Assembly: GCA_035367155.1 (NCBI GenBank)
Contig: DAOSJI010000001.1
Span: 85,621 to 149,620 of the forward strand
Direction of reading: 5' to 3'
DNA length: 64,000 bases
Source: Bacilli bacterium
GTDB lineage: Bacteria; Bacillota_I; Bacilli_A; RFN20; CAG-826
Shown here: positions 1-10,903 of the stretch, piece by piece
Numbering within the stretch: the first letter of the stretch is position 1
Layout: each line of letters opens with the position of its first letter
Position numbers and translations under genes: made by a program
The notes under the pieces: generated by a model
Database searches by the model: none
What the model was told of the DNA's origin: nothing
What the model saw: the letters and a program-made list of their open reading frames with translations, nothing else

Positions 1-75
1 CCTTTATTCTTGTTAATCAAAAACCAATTCCAACGGAATTAAGTTTATAAATTATAGATTTAAGGAGGACAATCT

Positions 76-711
76 ATGAAATACAATAAATTAATTGATC
101 ACACCCTTTTAAAAGCTGATGCTACAGAAGAACAAATTAGAAAACTATGTGCTGAAGCAAAAGAACATAACTTTGCAAGTGTTTGTGTTAATCCTTGTTT
201 TGTTCCGCTTGCTTCATATCTATTAGCTGATACTGATGTACTAGTTTGTACCGTTATTGGCTTCCCTCTTGGTGCTAATGCTACCGAAGCAAAGGTGATG
301 GAAACCGATATTGCCATTCAAGATGGCGCAGAAGAAATCGACATGGTGCTTAATGTCTCACAACTTAAAGCTAAAAACGATTTATATGTTTTTAATGAAA
401 TTCTTCGCATTAAACAAATGTGCGGTGAATTAACATTAAAAGTTATCTTAGAAACGTGCCTTTTAACTCCTGAAGAAATTAAAAGAGCATGTGAAATCAG
501 TGTTAAAGCTGGTGCAGATTTTGTAAAAACGAGTACAGGATTCTCTACTGGCGGCGCAACTGTTGAAGCTGTTAAATTAATGAGAGAAACAGTTGGGCCC
601 CATGTTGGCGTTAAAGCAAGTGGTGGAGTCCGTACTAACGAAGATCTTAAAAAAATGGTCGCAGCAGGTGCTAATCGAATTGGTACAAGTTCAGGACCTG
701 CGATTATCTAA
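76..711 (+). CDS. deoC: deoxyribose-phosphate aldolase
   Basis: 211-aa ORF with DeoC-type sequence (DHTLLK start, FVKTSTGF lysine region). SD AAGGAGG lies upstream. Confidence 0.9.
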   Translation: MKYNKLIDHTLLKADATEEQIRKLCAEAKEHNFASVCVNPCFVPLASYLLADTDVLVCTVIGFPLGANATEAKVMETDIAIQDGAEEIDMVLNVSQLKAKNDLYVFNEILRIKQMCGELTLKVILETCLLTPEEIKRACEISVKAGADFVKTSTGFSTGGATVEAVKLMRETVGPHVGVKASGGVRTNEDLKKMVAAGANRIGTSSGPAII

Positions 712-746
712 AGTAGCAAAAAAGAGGAAATCGGCGCATAAAAGTG

Positions 747-775
747 TTGCATTTCCCCTCTTATGCTTCTATAAT
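747..775 (+). promoter_or_regulatory. sigma-A type promoter for rpsU
   Basis: TTGCAT (747-752), exact 17-nt spacer, TATAAT (770-775), about 40 nt upstream of the rpsU ATG. Confidence 0.65.
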
Positions 776-817
776 ACTAACGGAAACGCAAACTGCAAAG
801 GAAGGAGTTGATTAACG

Positions 818-1000
818 ATGCCAAAAATTACAGTTCGAGAAAACGAATCGCTAGAAGATAGCCTCAAACGTTTTAAGCGTCAAGTTAACAAAGCTGGAAC
901 CTTAGCAGAAGCAAGAAAACGTAAATATTACGTCAAGCCTGGCCTAGCTCGTAAACTTAAAGAAGAACAAGCACGGCGCAAACGTCGTAAAAGACGCTAA
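818..1000 (+). CDS. rpsU: 30S ribosomal protein S21
   Basis: 60-aa basic [24 protein letters not shown]..., typical S21. SD GGAAGGAG upstream. Confidence 0.95.
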   Translation: MPKITVRENESLEDSLKRFKRQVNKAGTLAEARKRKYYVKPGLARKLKEEQARRKRRKRR

Positions 1001-1018
1001 AAAATTAAAAAAATAGGA

Positions 1019-1044
1019 AAATCACGGAAATCCGTGATTTTTTA
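1019..1044 (+). terminator. intrinsic terminator after rpsU
   Basis: 10-bp perfect stem aaatcacgga/tccgtgattt with a 2-nt loop, followed by a T-run. Confidence 0.75.
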
Positions 1045-1098
1045 TATAAAAACGAACAATTTCACATAAAGATGTCAATTTATTAATAGGGTGATATT

Positions 1099-2277
1099 AT
1101 GCGTTACTTTATTAAACAAGATAAAAGCGAAACTTGTGGTGAAACTTGTCTTAAAATGTTGCTGGCCAATGTTAACCGTGATGAAAATTTCCTTTATCTC
1201 TCCTTTAATAAAAAGATAGACAATTTTTTAGACATTTGTGAAGTAAGTGAAAAGCACGGTTTATCATTTGAGGGTTTTAGGGCAGATGATAAGATTGCTT
1301 TTAGAAAAATAAAGGGACCATTAATCATCCAAATTGATGTCCAAAGCATGCTTCATTTTGTAGTATGTAAAAAAAGCGGCTATAAACGTTATCTCATCTT
1401 GGATCCTTCTAGGGGTCGCTATTTCCTTTCTGAGAAGCAGCTTTGGACATACTTTACAGGTCATTTTCTTAAAATTAGTGCTTATAATTCAACAAAGGCT
1501 CCAATTCCTGAAACATATAAAAAACGAAAATATTTTAATGCGATTGCTTCTTCAATTTTAAACCTTGTAATGGTCGTTTTTGGAGGAATTGGTTTATATT
1601 ATAGTCATAGTGAGCAATACGCTTGGTTAGCCTTTTTATTTTTAATTTTAGCCTTTATTACGCATCTAGTTGAAAGGATTGTCTTATTCTATTTAATGAA
1701 GTGTTTTGATGATTATGTAATGAACCCTAAAATTCAATCACTTCGAGGTAATATAATTGAAAAACTAAAGGAAGTATATAGTTTAAAGGCGCCAATGTTT
1801 TCATATCCTCTAATTGTTTTTAGTCGTCTTTTAATTGCTCTAATTATTAGTCTTATATTTATATCAAATGATTGGCTTAATGCTCCGAATTTATTAATTG
1901 TGGTCTTACTTGTTTATTTAAAAAAGGAAGGATCACTATATTTAAAAGGTGAAGAATTAGCTCTAGATCATAACCTTCTTATAATCTCAAATTTATATAA
2001 AGCAAGAGAACCATTTCATAAAGAAATCGATAATATCAACAAGTTAAGTGCTAAATTAGCGACAAAAAAACTAATTCTTCATTATTTAGTTTATTTAGTT
2101 TTAATAATTCTTGTAGGTGCTCTAATGTATTTTAACCAAACCTACAGTCTTAACTATTTCCTTTTCCATTTCTTTGGTTATGTTTATTTTGTTGATTTAA
2201 CTGATAAGCTTTTATCGCTTGATATTGAAAAAAGCAAGCAACGACAGGCAATAAGACATTATAACAACTTAAAATAA
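1099..2277 (+). CDS. C39-family cysteine peptidase domain fused to a six-helix ABC-exporter-like membrane domain, with no ATPase domain
   Basis: N-terminus has Gln7, Cys13 (ETCGETCL), His86 (LHFVV) and Asp102 (LILDP) at the spacing of bacteriocin-processing C39 peptidases. Residues about 140-390 are hydrophobic helices. The ORF ends before any Walker motif. Confidence 0.6.
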   Translation: MRYFIKQDKSETCGETCLKMLLANVNRDENFLYLSFNKKIDNFLDICEVSEKHGLSFEGFRADDKIAFRKIKGPLIIQIDVQSMLHFVVCKKSGYKRYLILDPSRGRYFLSEKQLWTYFTGHFLKISAYNSTKAPIPETYKKRKYFNAIASSILNLVMVVFGGIGLYYSHSEQYAWLAFLFLILAFITHLVERIVLFYLMKCFDDYVMNPKIQSLRGNIIEKLKEVYSLKAPMFSYPLIVFSRLLIALIISLIFISNDWLNAPNLLIVVLLVYLKKEGSLYLKGEELALDHNLLIISNLYKAREPFHKEIDNINKLSAKLATKKLILHYLVYLVLIILVGALMYFNQTYSLNYFLFHFFGYVYFVDLTDKLLSLDIEKSKQRQAIRHYNNLK

Positions 2278-2332
2278 CGCTTTTTTAAAGCGTAATAAGG
2301 ATAATATGATAAAATAAAGTTGAGGTTTTTTG

Positions 2333-2788
2333 ATGCAACTTGATTATCTAAATGAACTTGATCCTAGTTTTGATGAATTCGAAGGGTCTTTTAGTTATTA
2401 TGCAAAAAAGGCACTAAAAATATTAGAAATTGATGATAATTTTATTGTTGAAGTTCAAATTGTTGATAATAAAACAATTAAAGACTTAAATAAAAATTAT
2501 CGAAACAAAAACGAAGTAACTGATGTGCTATCTTTTGCTTTTGATGAACGAAGTGAAGATGAAGTAGCAATAATTTCTTCTATGCCACGCTTACTTGGAG
2601 TAATCATCATCAACGGAGAAAAAGCAATTGAACAGGCAAAAGAGTATGAACACCCTCTTAAAAGAGAAATGAAATTTCTTTTTATTCACGGCCTACTTCA
2701 TTTACTTGGTTATGATCATGAAGATGAAGAAAGTGAAAAAGAAATGTTTTTATTACAAGATCAAATTATTGGAAGAAGGAGAACATGA
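2333..2788 (+). CDS. ybeY: rRNA maturation endoribonuclease YbeY
   Basis: HGLLHLLGYDHE zinc-binding motif. ATG at 2333 (the track begins at TTG 2330). SD TGAGG upstream. Confidence 0.9.
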   Translation: MQLDYLNELDPSFDEFEGSFSYYAKKALKILEIDDNFIVEVQIVDNKTIKDLNKNYRNKNEVTDVLSFAFDERSEDEVAIISSMPRLLGVIIINGEKAIEQAKEYEHPLKREMKFLFIHGLLHLLGYDHEDEESEKEMFLLQDQIIGRRRT

Positions 2789-3186
2789 TGGATAAACAAA
2801 AATTAATTAAAGAAGCAATTAAGGCAATGGATAATGCTTATGTGCCTTATTCTAAATTTAAAGTCGGTGCGGCACTTTTAACTAAAGATGGCACAATATA
2901 TCATGGTGCAAATATTGAAAATGCTGCTTATGGTTTAGCAATGTGTGGCGAAAGAAACGCCATTTATAATGCGTATAATCATGGCGTTAAAAAAGATGAT
3001 ATTGTCGCTCTTGCAATTATTGGTAATACGGCAAAACCAATTAGTCCTTGTGGTTCATGTCGGCAAGTAATAAGTGAATTACTTCCAAAAGAAGCACTTA
3101 TTATTCTTACAAATATGAAAGGCGATATTTTAGAAGTAAATAAAGAAGATTTACTACCTTTTGCCTTTGATGATAGTGATCTATAA
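2785..3186 (+). CDS. cdd: cytidine deaminase
   Basis: CGERNA and SPCGSCRQV zinc motifs. ATGA overlap with the ybeY stop. Confidence 0.9.
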   Translation: MMDKQKLIKEAIKAMDNAYVPYSKFKVGAALLTKDGTIYHGANIENAAYGLAMCGERNAIYNAYNHGVKKDDIVALAIIGNTAKPISPCGSCRQVISELLPKEALIILTNMKGDILEVNKEDLLPFAFDDSDL

Positions 3187-3188
3187 AA

Positions 3189-4064
3189 ATGAAAAGTGGT
3201 TTTGTTTCAATCGTTGGACGACCTAATGCCGGTAAATCAACGATTCTAAATACTATTTTAGGCGAAAAAGTTGCAATAGTTACGCCTAAACCTCAAACAA
3301 CAACCTCAGCGATTGTTGGTGTTTTTAATCGTGATAATCTTCAAATTGTTTTTGTTGACACTCCTGGTATTCATAAGCCCCATAAAGCATACGGCGAACT
3401 TATGAATAAAGCCTCATATAGTTCATTTCTTGATGCAGATGTATTAGTTTTAGTTGTTGATGCTAGTCTTCCCTTTGGAACAGGCGATAACTTAATTGTT
3501 GAACGCCTTCCAAAAGATAAACCATTAATTATTGTTTTTAATAAAATTGATCTAGCTCGCTTTGAGCAAGTAAAAGCCTTAAAAGAAAAATATCAAACTC
3601 TTTTTAGGGATGCGATTTTAATTGAAACAAGTGCCATTAGAAATTTTAATCTTGATGAAATTATTAATGAAATCGAAAAACTCTTACCAGAGGGTCCACA
3701 ATATTATCCGTTAGATATGAAAACAATTTCTGATGAGGAGTTTATTATTAGTGAAATAATTAGAGAGAAAATTATTATGCTAACAAAACAAGAAATCCCC
3801 TATAGCGTAGCCGTAGTTGTGCTTCATATTGAAAATAAAGAGAACAAAAAGGAAGTTCTTGTTGATATTGTCACTGAAAAAGATAGTCAAAAAGGAATTA
3901 TCATTGGAAAAGGCGGAAAACTTATTAAAAGGATCCGGCTTCAAAGCGAATATGATTTAAATAAACACTTTAGAATGCCTATTAAGCTTGAAATACTCGT
4001 TAGAGTAGAAGAAAATTGGCGAGATAATCCAAAATTAATAAAAAAATTAGGTTTAATGAAGTAA
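3189..4064 (+). CDS. era: GTPase Era
   Basis: G1 GRPNAGKST, G3 DTPG, NKID, and a C-terminal KH domain (GKGG). Confidence 0.95.
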   Translation: MKSGFVSIVGRPNAGKSTILNTILGEKVAIVTPKPQTTTSAIVGVFNRDNLQIVFVDTPGIHKPHKAYGELMNKASYSSFLDADVLVLVVDASLPFGTGDNLIVERLPKDKPLIIVFNKIDLARFEQVKALKEKYQTLFRDAILIETSAIRNFNLDEIINEIEKLLPEGPQYYPLDMKTISDEEFIISEIIREKIIMLTKQEIPYSVAVVVLHIENKENKKEVLVDIVTEKDSQKGIIIGKGGKLIKRIRLQSEYDLNKHFRMPIKLEILVRVEENWRDNPKLIKKLGLMK

Positions 4065-4070
4065 TTAAAG

Positions 4071-4790
4071 ATGGAAGTAATCGTAATTCGTTTAGTCCCA
4101 TATAAAGAATATGATGTTATTGTTACTAGCTTATGTAGTGATGGTTTTTATTCTTTTAAGGCAAAGGGGCTTTTAAGACCAACTGCGAAACTATCCTCAA
4201 TTATTACGATTGGTAATCTAATTAATATTGAAACAATTGATGCAAAAGGTGGGCCACTTGTAGTTGGGGCCAAGCCACTTTTAAATATGTCTAAATTGTT
4301 AAGTAATTTTGATAAGATTACTGTTTTAAATTATCTAGCTGAACTAACTCGACTAATTATTAAAGAAAACGAGGAAGCAAGATTAATTTATCCATTTTTT
4401 AAAAGTGCACTTTCATATATAGAAGAAGATAAATCTCCACTTGTAATCGCTACTATTTTTTCGCTACATCTTTTAAATATTTGTGGATATGAACAGAATT
4501 TCGCAAGTTGTCAAAGTTGTGGAACGCTTAAAAATCTTGCTGCAATTAACATTAAAGAAGGCGGATTGTTTTGTGTTTACTGCAAAAAAACAATTGATAT
4601 TGAACTAGATGAAACAAATGTAAATGCTCTATATAATATATTTGTAAAAAAAGAAGGTGATTGGTTTTCTAATGAATTTAAAGAAAATCAAATGGCACCA
4701 ATCTTGAGGACCATTATCGAATTTTTAAGCGATGTTTTTAGTTTGACTTTTCAAAGTTTACCACTTTTAAAACTAAGTTTTAATCTTTAA
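4071..4790 (+). CDS. recO: DNA repair protein RecO
   Basis: Lies after era as in Bacillus. CxxC...CxxC zinc finger (CQSCG...CVYCK). Confidence 0.85.
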   Translation: MEVIVIRLVPYKEYDVIVTSLCSDGFYSFKAKGLLRPTAKLSSIITIGNLINIETIDAKGGPLVVGAKPLLNMSKLLSNFDKITVLNYLAELTRLIIKENEEARLIYPFFKSALSYIEEDKSPLVIATIFSLHLLNICGYEQNFASCQSCGTLKNLAAINIKEGGLFCVYCKKTIDIELDETNVNALYNIFVKKEGDWFSNEFKENQMAPILRTIIEFLSDVFSLTFQSLPLLKLSFNL

Positions 4791-4845
4791 AAATAATATT
4801 AAAAATAGTACACTTATAATAGGTTGACAGAATAATTATGTTTAG

Positions 4846-4876
4846 ACTATCATTTTATTTGATAGTTTATTTTTTA
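4846..4876 (+). terminator. intrinsic terminator after recO
   Basis: Stem actatca/tgatagt followed by ttatttttt. Confidence 0.55.
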
Positions 4877-4890
4877 AGCGAGGAAATAAT

Positions 4891-6264
4891 ATGAAAAAGA
4901 AGCATGAATTCGAAACAATTGTGAATCATTTAATTACTTCTGGCTTTGTTTATCAAGGTTCTGAAATTTATGGTGGTTTATCTAATACATGGGATTATGG
5001 TCCCTTAGGTGTTGAACTTAAAACAAACATTAGAAATTTATGGTGGAAGAAGTTTGTACAAGAATCTCGCTACAATGTTGGAGTTGATGCTGCCATTTTA
5101 ATGAATCCTGCTGTATGGAGAACAACGGGTCACGTAACAACATTTAATGATCCATTAATTGATTGTCGCAAATGTCGCATAAGACATCGAGCGGATCAAC
5201 TTATTGAAGATCAATTTCCTGATGTTAAAGTAAGTGCAATGAATGATGAACAAATCTCAGTATTTATAAAAGAAAATAAAGTTAAATGTCCAAATTGCGG
5301 TGCCTCTGATTTTACAGATATTCGTAAGTTTAATTTGATGTTTAAAACACACATTGGCGTAACTGAAGATAATCAAAGTGAAGTTTATCTTCGTCCTGAA
5401 ACTGCTCAAGGTGTATTTACAAACTTTAAAAATGTGCAACGTACGAGTAGAAAAAAGATTCCCTTTGGAATTGCTAATGTTGGAAAATCTTTTAGAAACG
5501 AGATAACGCCAGGCAATTTTATTTTTAGAACTAGAGAATTCACTCAAATGGAATTAGAGTTTTTCTGTGCTCCAGGTACTGATGATGAATGGTTTAAATA
5601 TTGGAAAGATTTTTGCATTGATTTTGTGAAAAGTCTTGGTATTAATGAGGAAAACTTACGTTTTAGAGACCATGATAAGAATGAATTATCGTTTTATTCT
5701 AAAGCAACGACAGATATTGAATATTTGTTCCCCTTTGGATGGGGTGAAATATGGGGTATTGCTAATCGTACTGATTACGACTTAAGACGTCATATGGAAG
5801 AAAGTGGTGAAAATTTCGAATATTTAGATCCCGCGACTAACGAAAAGTATATTCCTTACTGCGTTGAACCATCAGTCGGCCTTGATCGATTATTATTAAT
5901 GGTATTAACTGATGCCTATGATGTAGAAGAACTTGAAAATGATTCTCGCATTGTTATGCGGTTAAATCCGGTACTAGCACCATATACAATCGCTGTTTTA
6001 CCACTTAGTAAGAAGCTTAATGATAAAGCTCTTGAACTTTTTGATGAATTAAGCAAACACTTCCGTGTTATTTATGATGATACGGGTAGTATTGGTAAAC
6101 GTTATCGCCGTGAAGATGCGATTGGAACACCGTTCTGTGTAACAGTTGATTTTGACACATTAGAAGATAACACTGTTACAATTCGTGATCGTGACACGAT
6201 GGATCAAATTAGATTACCAATTCATGAATTAATAGCGTATTTTGGTGATAAAGTATATTTTTAG
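4891..6264 (+). CDS. glyQS: glycine--tRNA ligase (homodimeric GlyQS type)
   Basis: 457-aa class II aaRS with typical GlyQS sequence ([29 protein letters not shown]). Confidence 0.95.
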   Translation: MKKKHEFETIVNHLITSGFVYQGSEIYGGLSNTWDYGPLGVELKTNIRNLWWKKFVQESRYNVGVDAAILMNPAVWRTTGHVTTFNDPLIDCRKCRIRHRADQLIEDQFPDVKVSAMNDEQISVFIKENKVKCPNCGASDFTDIRKFNLMFKTHIGVTEDNQSEVYLRPETAQGVFTNFKNVQRTSRKKIPFGIANVGKSFRNEITPGNFIFRTREFTQMELEFFCAPGTDDEWFKYWKDFCIDFVKSLGINEENLRFRDHDKNELSFYSKATTDIEYLFPFGWGEIWGIANRTDYDLRRHMEESGENFEYLDPATNEKYIPYCVEPSVGLDRLLLMVLTDAYDVEELENDSRIVMRLNPVLAPYTIAVLPLSKKLNDKALELFDELSKHFRVIYDDTGSIGKRYRREDAIGTPFCVTVDFDTLEDNTVTIRDRDTMDQIRLPIHELIAYFGDKVYF

Positions 6265-6291
6265 TAGATTACTGGTTATTTAATAGTAAAG
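6252..6291 (+). repeat. 11-nt phased AGTA array (units at 6252, 6263, degenerate 6274, 6285)
   Basis: AGTATATTTTT AGTAGATTACT GGTTATTTAAT AGTAAAG. It spans the glyQS stop (TAG TAG tandem) and ends at the dnaG SD. Confidence 0.55.
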
Positions 6292-6304
6292 AAAGGGAGG
6301 CAAT

Positions 6305-8134
6305 ATGTTTGATGCAGCGCAAAGATTATTAGCAAGAATCGATATCGTTGATATTATTTCTCGTTTTATTCCTGTTAATAAAAAGGGTAACAACTATGTT
6401 GCACTTTGTCCTTTTCATGATGACACCAATCCTTCATTATCCATTAGTCCTGATAAACAGATTTTTAAATGTTTTGTCTGCGGTAAGGGCGGAAATGCTA
6501 TTAACTTTGTAAGTGAATTTGAAAAGATTTCTTATTTTGAAGCTGCTAGAAGAATCGCTGATATGGTTAATTTTTCAGATCCTGCTTTTGAAAAAGAAAA
6601 ATATGTATCACCGCAAGATGTAAAAAATGAACCTTTGTATAAAGCCTTAAATGATCTAACAACTTATTATGAATTTTGTTTACTTACAAAAGAAGGTGAA
6701 GAAGCAGTTAAGTATTTAGAAAACCGTAAAATAAACCAAGATATGCGAAAAAAATATAGAATTGGTCTTTCATCAATTTCAGGTAATGAAACGATAACTT
6801 ATCTTTTAAATAAAGGTCATAGTATTAAAACAATAAAAGATATTGGAATTTTAGGAGGATCATTAGATAAACCTTTTGATGTCAATCAAGGTCGTATAAT
6901 GTTCCCAATTCATGACCAAGAAGGAAGAGTTGTTGGCTTTAGCGGTCGAATTTATAAAAAAGGCGAAAAGACAGCTAAATATATGAACTCTCCAGAGACA
7001 CCTGTTTTCCATAAAACTAGTATTTTATATAACTATCATAGGATTAAATCGATTGCTCGAAATACTGGTTATGTATATGTTTTAGAAGGATTTATGGATG
7101 TTTTCGCCTTAAATGAAGTTGGGATAGAATCTGTTGTTGCACTAATGGGCACTGCATTAACAAAAGATCATATTAATCTATTACGTATGTTAAATGCTGA
7201 AGTTCGTTTATGCCTTGATGGTGATGAAGCTGGACAAAGTGCTACTTTAGCAATGACAAAAGTGCTCGATAAGGCTAATCTAACCTATACAATCGTTGAT
7301 AATAAAGATGATATGCGTGATCCTGATGATATCTTAAAAGCAGAAGGTAAAGAAGGATTACTGCGCTTTTTAAACAACCTAGTAGATAAAAGTACATTTA
7401 CACTTAATTACTATTTAAAACATAATCCATTATCGAATTTAAAAGAAAGAAAGGACTTTGTTAATAGTCTTTTACCTACGATTGCCAATCTAAAATCAGC
7501 GCTTGATATCGATGATTATTTAAATAAACTCGTTAAAATAACTAATTTTGGTCGATCTACTTTAGAAGCTGAAGTTGCAGCTTATAAAAACCGGCTTGAA
7601 CGTGATCAAAAATATGAAAGAGCAATAAAAGTTGATGATAGATTGCTACGCAAACGTGAAATATCAAAACTTCAACTAGCTGAGCAAACAATTTTATATC
7701 AAATGATTCATTTTCCTGAAGCTGTTAAATTTTATAACACAAATGTTAAAACGTTCATCAACGAATTTTATCAATATATTGCTCAATACTTAACAATTGT
7801 AAAAAAAGATGATGATGAACATGTATACGCTAATATATATAACTATTTAAATAGTAGTCTTTTAGAAGATGAACGAAAAAAATATTATCAAGATGAAGTA
7901 ATGTATTTAGAAGAAAACGATAAAACAAAAACATTTAATCAAAATAAGCTTAATGATGCTCTTCGAGCAATTAATGAAGAAAAAGAATCATATAAAGCAA
8001 AAATTATTGAAGAAGAGGTTCTATCACAAACTAGTGATCCAATTGAAAAAGCAATTTTAGCGGAACATTTACGAAAACAACGTAAGGAACGCTTGAATAA
8101 AAAAGGAAAAGATCCAAAAGGAGGTTCTAACTGA
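6305..8134 (+). CDS. dnaG: DNA primase
   Basis: Zinc finger [11 protein letters not shown]...CFVCG and a TOPRIM region (EGFMDV, DGDEAG). Confidence 0.95.
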   Translation: MFDAAQRLLARIDIVDIISRFIPVNKKGNNYVALCPFHDDTNPSLSISPDKQIFKCFVCGKGGNAINFVSEFEKISYFEAARRIADMVNFSDPAFEKEKYVSPQDVKNEPLYKALNDLTTYYEFCLLTKEGEEAVKYLENRKINQDMRKKYRIGLSSISGNETITYLLNKGHSIKTIKDIGILGGSLDKPFDVNQGRIMFPIHDQEGRVVGFSGRIYKKGEKTAKYMNSPETPVFHKTSILYNYHRIKSIARNTGYVYVLEGFMDVFALNEVGIESVVALMGTALTKDHINLLRMLNAEVRLCLDGDEAGQSATLAMTKVLDKANLTYTIVDNKDDMRDPDDILKAEGKEGLLRFLNNLVDKSTFTLNYYLKHNPLSNLKERKDFVNSLLPTIANLKSALDIDDYLNKLVKITNFGRSTLEAEVAAYKNRLERDQKYERAIKVDDRLLRKREISKLQLAEQTILYQMIHFPEAVKFYNTNVKTFINEFYQYIAQYLTIVKKDDDEHVYANIYNYLNSSLLEDERKKYYQDEVMYLEENDKTKTFNQNKLNDALRAINEEKESYKAKIIEEEVLSQTSDPIEKAILAEHLRKQRKERLNKKGKDPKGGSN

Positions 8135-9477
8135 TGGCAAAAAAAGAAAAAAAGACTCTAAAAGAGCAAGAAGAACAATTAATGGATATTGAAGAAGAAA
8201 CAGTTAAATTTGACGACGAAGATGAGGAAGATTTTGAAGTTCCTAACTTTGATGATGAAGAGGATGATAAGAACGAAATCCAAAAAATTAAAGATCGTCT
8301 TGTAAAACGAGGTAAAAAGAATGGTTATCTAGAACAAGATGAAATTTTTGATGCTTTTCGAAAATATAGTTTTGATGATGACGATTTAGATGAATTAGTT
8401 GAATTTTTCCAAAAAAAGAAAATCGACATTGTTACTGGTGAATTTGATGATGAAGATGATGAAGATATTGATGATGAAAACATCAGCGAAGAAGAAATTG
8501 AAAAGAAAATAAGCGAAACTACTGAAGAAGATGAAATGTTTGATGAAATGTTTGACTCAGAAGATGAAGAAGATGAACAAGTAGAAGAAATTAGTCAAGA
8601 AAAAATCAGACAACAACCACGTAATGATATTAATGTTAGTGATTCAGTAAAAATGTACCTTCGTCAAATTGGTAATTATGAACTTTTAAAACAAGATGAA
8701 GAACAAGCACTAGCTAAAGCCTATCATGAAGATGGTGATTTAAGTGCAAAAGATGAACTAATTAGCAGTAACTTACGTCTTGTTGTTAGTATTGCCAAAC
8801 GCTATAGTCACGCTAATATGCAGTTTCTAGATTTAATCCAAGAAGGTAATATAGGTTTAATTAAGGCTGTCGAAAAGTTCGATTATAAGAAGGGTTATAA
8901 GTTTTCAACTTATGCTACTTGGTGGATTAGACAATCGATTACTAGAGCAATTGCAGATCAAGGCCGTTCAATTAGAATTCCTGTTCATATGGTTGAAACG
9001 ATTAATAAAATTAGTCGTACTCAACGTAAATTAACGCAAGAACTTGGCCGAGAAGCAACACCCGAAGAAATAAGTAAAGCACTTGATGATGAAAAAATGA
9101 CTCCAGCGAGAATTCGTGAAATTCAACAAATAGCGATGGAACCTGTGAGTCTTGAAACACCAATTGGGGAAGAAAACGACTCTCATTTAGGTGATTTTGT
9201 TGAAGATAAGGAAGTTGAAAGTCCAACCGAGTTCACAAGAACATCACTTTTAAATGATGAATTATACCAAGTTATGCAAGATTTAACTCCTCGTGAGGAA
9301 CGTGTTTTACGCCTACGTTACGGTTTAGATGATAATAAACCTCGAACTCTTGAAGAAGTAGGCCGCGAATTTGGTGTTACTCGTGAGAGGATTAGACAAA
9401 TTGAAGCAAAAGCGATTCGAAAACTACGTCATCCAAATCGTAGTCGTAGATTAGCAGATTATCATGAGAAAGATTAA
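8134..9477 (+). CDS. sigA: RNA polymerase primary sigma factor
   Basis: Acidic N-terminus. Region 2 ([14 protein letters not shown]) and region 4 ([19 protein letters not shown]). dnaG-sigA synteny. Confidence 0.95.
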   Translation: MAKKEKKTLKEQEEQLMDIEEETVKFDDEDEEDFEVPNFDDEEDDKNEIQKIKDRLVKRGKKNGYLEQDEIFDAFRKYSFDDDDLDELVEFFQKKKIDIVTGEFDDEDDEDIDDENISEEEIEKKISETTEEDEMFDEMFDSEDEEDEQVEEISQEKIRQQPRNDINVSDSVKMYLRQIGNYELLKQDEEQALAKAYHEDGDLSAKDELISSNLRLVVSIAKRYSHANMQFLDLIQEGNIGLIKAVEKFDYKKGYKFSTYATWWIRQSITRAIADQGRSIRIPVHMVETINKISRTQRKLTQELGREATPEEISKALDDEKMTPARIREIQQIAMEPVSLETPIGEENDSHLGDFVEDKEVESPTEFTRTSLLNDELYQVMQDLTPREERVLRLRYGLDDNKPRTLEEVGREFGVTRERIRQIEAKAIRKLRHPNRSRRLADYHEKD

Positions 9478-10130
9478 TGTTATCAAGACGTTTAAAAATT
9501 ATTTCTCAATTTATTGAAACTGAAGATGTAGTTGGTGATATCGGAACCGACAGCGGTCAACTACCAATCTTTTTAGCATTGCATGGACATAAATATGTTT
9601 ATGCAAGTGATAATAAAAAAGGTCCATTTGACAATTTAAATAAAAAAGTCAAAGAAGCAAACTTAGAAAAAGTTATTAAAACTGCTCTTCGAGATGGGCT
9701 AGATCGTTTACCTAAAAGAGTTAATACGCTTGTAATTGCTGGATTGGGCGGCGAACTTCTTTGTGAAATATTATCAAAAGGTCAACAAAAACTTGATAAT
9801 ATTAAAAAACTAATTCTTGCTCCTAATAACAACGAACCAAGTGTTCGTAAAATGCTATCATTTTTAGGATTTATGATTATTGATGAAGAAGTCGTAAAAG
9901 AAGGTCGTCATTTTTATGAAATTATTGTTGCAATCAATGCAGCTTGTCCAGTTTGCAACCTTGAAACTGAATTTGGCCCGATTAATATTCGTAAAAAAAC
10001 TCCTGCTTTTAAAGAAAAATGGAAGAAAATCTATCTTAGAAACGTAGCTTTGCTTAAACAAGATGAATTACCTCCCCATCGAAGACTTGAGATAATTGCA
10101 GAACAAGAAAGGATAAAAAATATCTTATGA
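9477..10130 (+). CDS. trmK: tRNA (adenine22-N1)-methyltransferase TrmK
   Basis: DIGTDSGQLP SAM-binding motif. Position after sigA matches Bacillus yqfN. Confidence 0.8.
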   Translation: MLSRRLKIISQFIETEDVVGDIGTDSGQLPIFLALHGHKYVYASDNKKGPFDNLNKKVKEANLEKVIKTALRDGLDRLPKRVNTLVIAGLGGELLCEILSKGQQKLDNIKKLILAPNNNEPSVRKMLSFLGFMIIDEEVVKEGRHFYEIIVAINAACPVCNLETEFGPINIRKKTPAFKEKWKKIYLRNVALLKQDELPPHRRLEIIAEQERIKNIL

Positions 10131-10903
10131 TTGAAACAAGAAAATTACTTAGATACTTTGGAAAACTTTATCCAAAACGAATTGCGAAAGAAAATCATGA
10201 CTTTGTAGGTTTAATGACTGGCAAGTTACCCGAGAAAATTGAAAGGATTGTCATTTGTTTAGATTTAGATCGCTCAATTATTGAAGAAGTTTTGGTTTTT
10301 AAACCAGATATTGTTTTTACCCATCATCCCTTTATTTATGGAACACGCTTTCAAGTCTTTAAAAAAGACGAAGATAAGAAAGAATTCGCTTTGTACTTAG
10401 ATGAAATTAATCTTCCGGTTTATTCACTTCATACTAACTTTGATAGCGGAAAACAAGGTATGAACGATGCGCTGGCAGAAAGATTAGAATTAATTAATAT
10501 TCGCCCCTTAGAAAATAATCCAATGGCAAGAGGTGGAGAGTTAAAAGAACCGTTTAAAATCGCTGAATTTGCTAGTTTTGCTACTAAAATTCTTAATGTT
10601 CCGTATGGTTTATTGATTGATAAAGGAGAGCAACTAATTAGATCAGTCGCAATTGTAGGCGGCGCAGGTAGTCGCTCCTGGAAGGTAGCAAAAGAAGAAG
10701 GTTATGACCTTTTTATTAGTGGTGATGTACCTCATTATGTAAGAAGAGATATTGAATTAGCTAACTATAATTATCTAGATTTACCACATGAAATCGAGAA
10801 CATTTTTATGGAACAATTAAAAAAAGTGCTGTTAGACTTAGATCCAGCACTTAAAATCAAAACAATTACCCATGAAATGCCTCCAAAGGTAATTAGGGTT
10901 TAA
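10127..10903 (+). CDS. Nif3-like dinuclear metal center protein (YqfO family)
   Basis: THHPF and HTNFD motifs. Synteny with trmK. Confidence 0.85.
   Translation: MIETRKLLRYFGKLYPKRIAKENHDFVGLMTGKLPEKIERIVICLDLDRSIIEEVLVFKPDIVFTHHPFIYGTRFQVFKKDEDKKEFALYLDEINLPVYSLHTNFDSGKQGMNDALAERLELINIRPLENNPMARGGELKEPFKIAEFASFATKILNVPYGLLIDKGEQLIRSVAIVGGAGSRSWKVAKEEGYDLFISGDVPHYVRRDIELANYNYLDLPHEIENIFMEQLKKVLLDLDPALKIKTITHEMPPKVIRV

Noticed and set aside
99-317. Many 60-160-aa ORFs in the track lie antisense or out of frame inside well-supported genes. Examples are 99-317, 593-811, 5257-5547, 9011-9226, 9864-10061, 11630-11818, 12510-12876, 14187-14435, 15174-16361, 20164-20346, 21510-21746, 24003-24212, 31756-32049, 32828-33157, 35454-35705, 36226-36417, 40788-41441, 41666-41944, 42060-42577, 47963-48226, 49367-49753, 52595-53283 and 55074-55262.
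   Set aside because: Each is fully embedded in a longer ORF with clear family motifs. They have no SD and show low-complexity or odd composition. Such shadow ORFs are expected in AT-rich DNA where the opposite strand lacks stop codons.
4791-4890. T-box leader upstream of glyQS, as is common in Firmicutes.
   Set aside because: The spacer is only 100 nt, contains the recO terminator, and has no GGUGGNACCGCG-like core.
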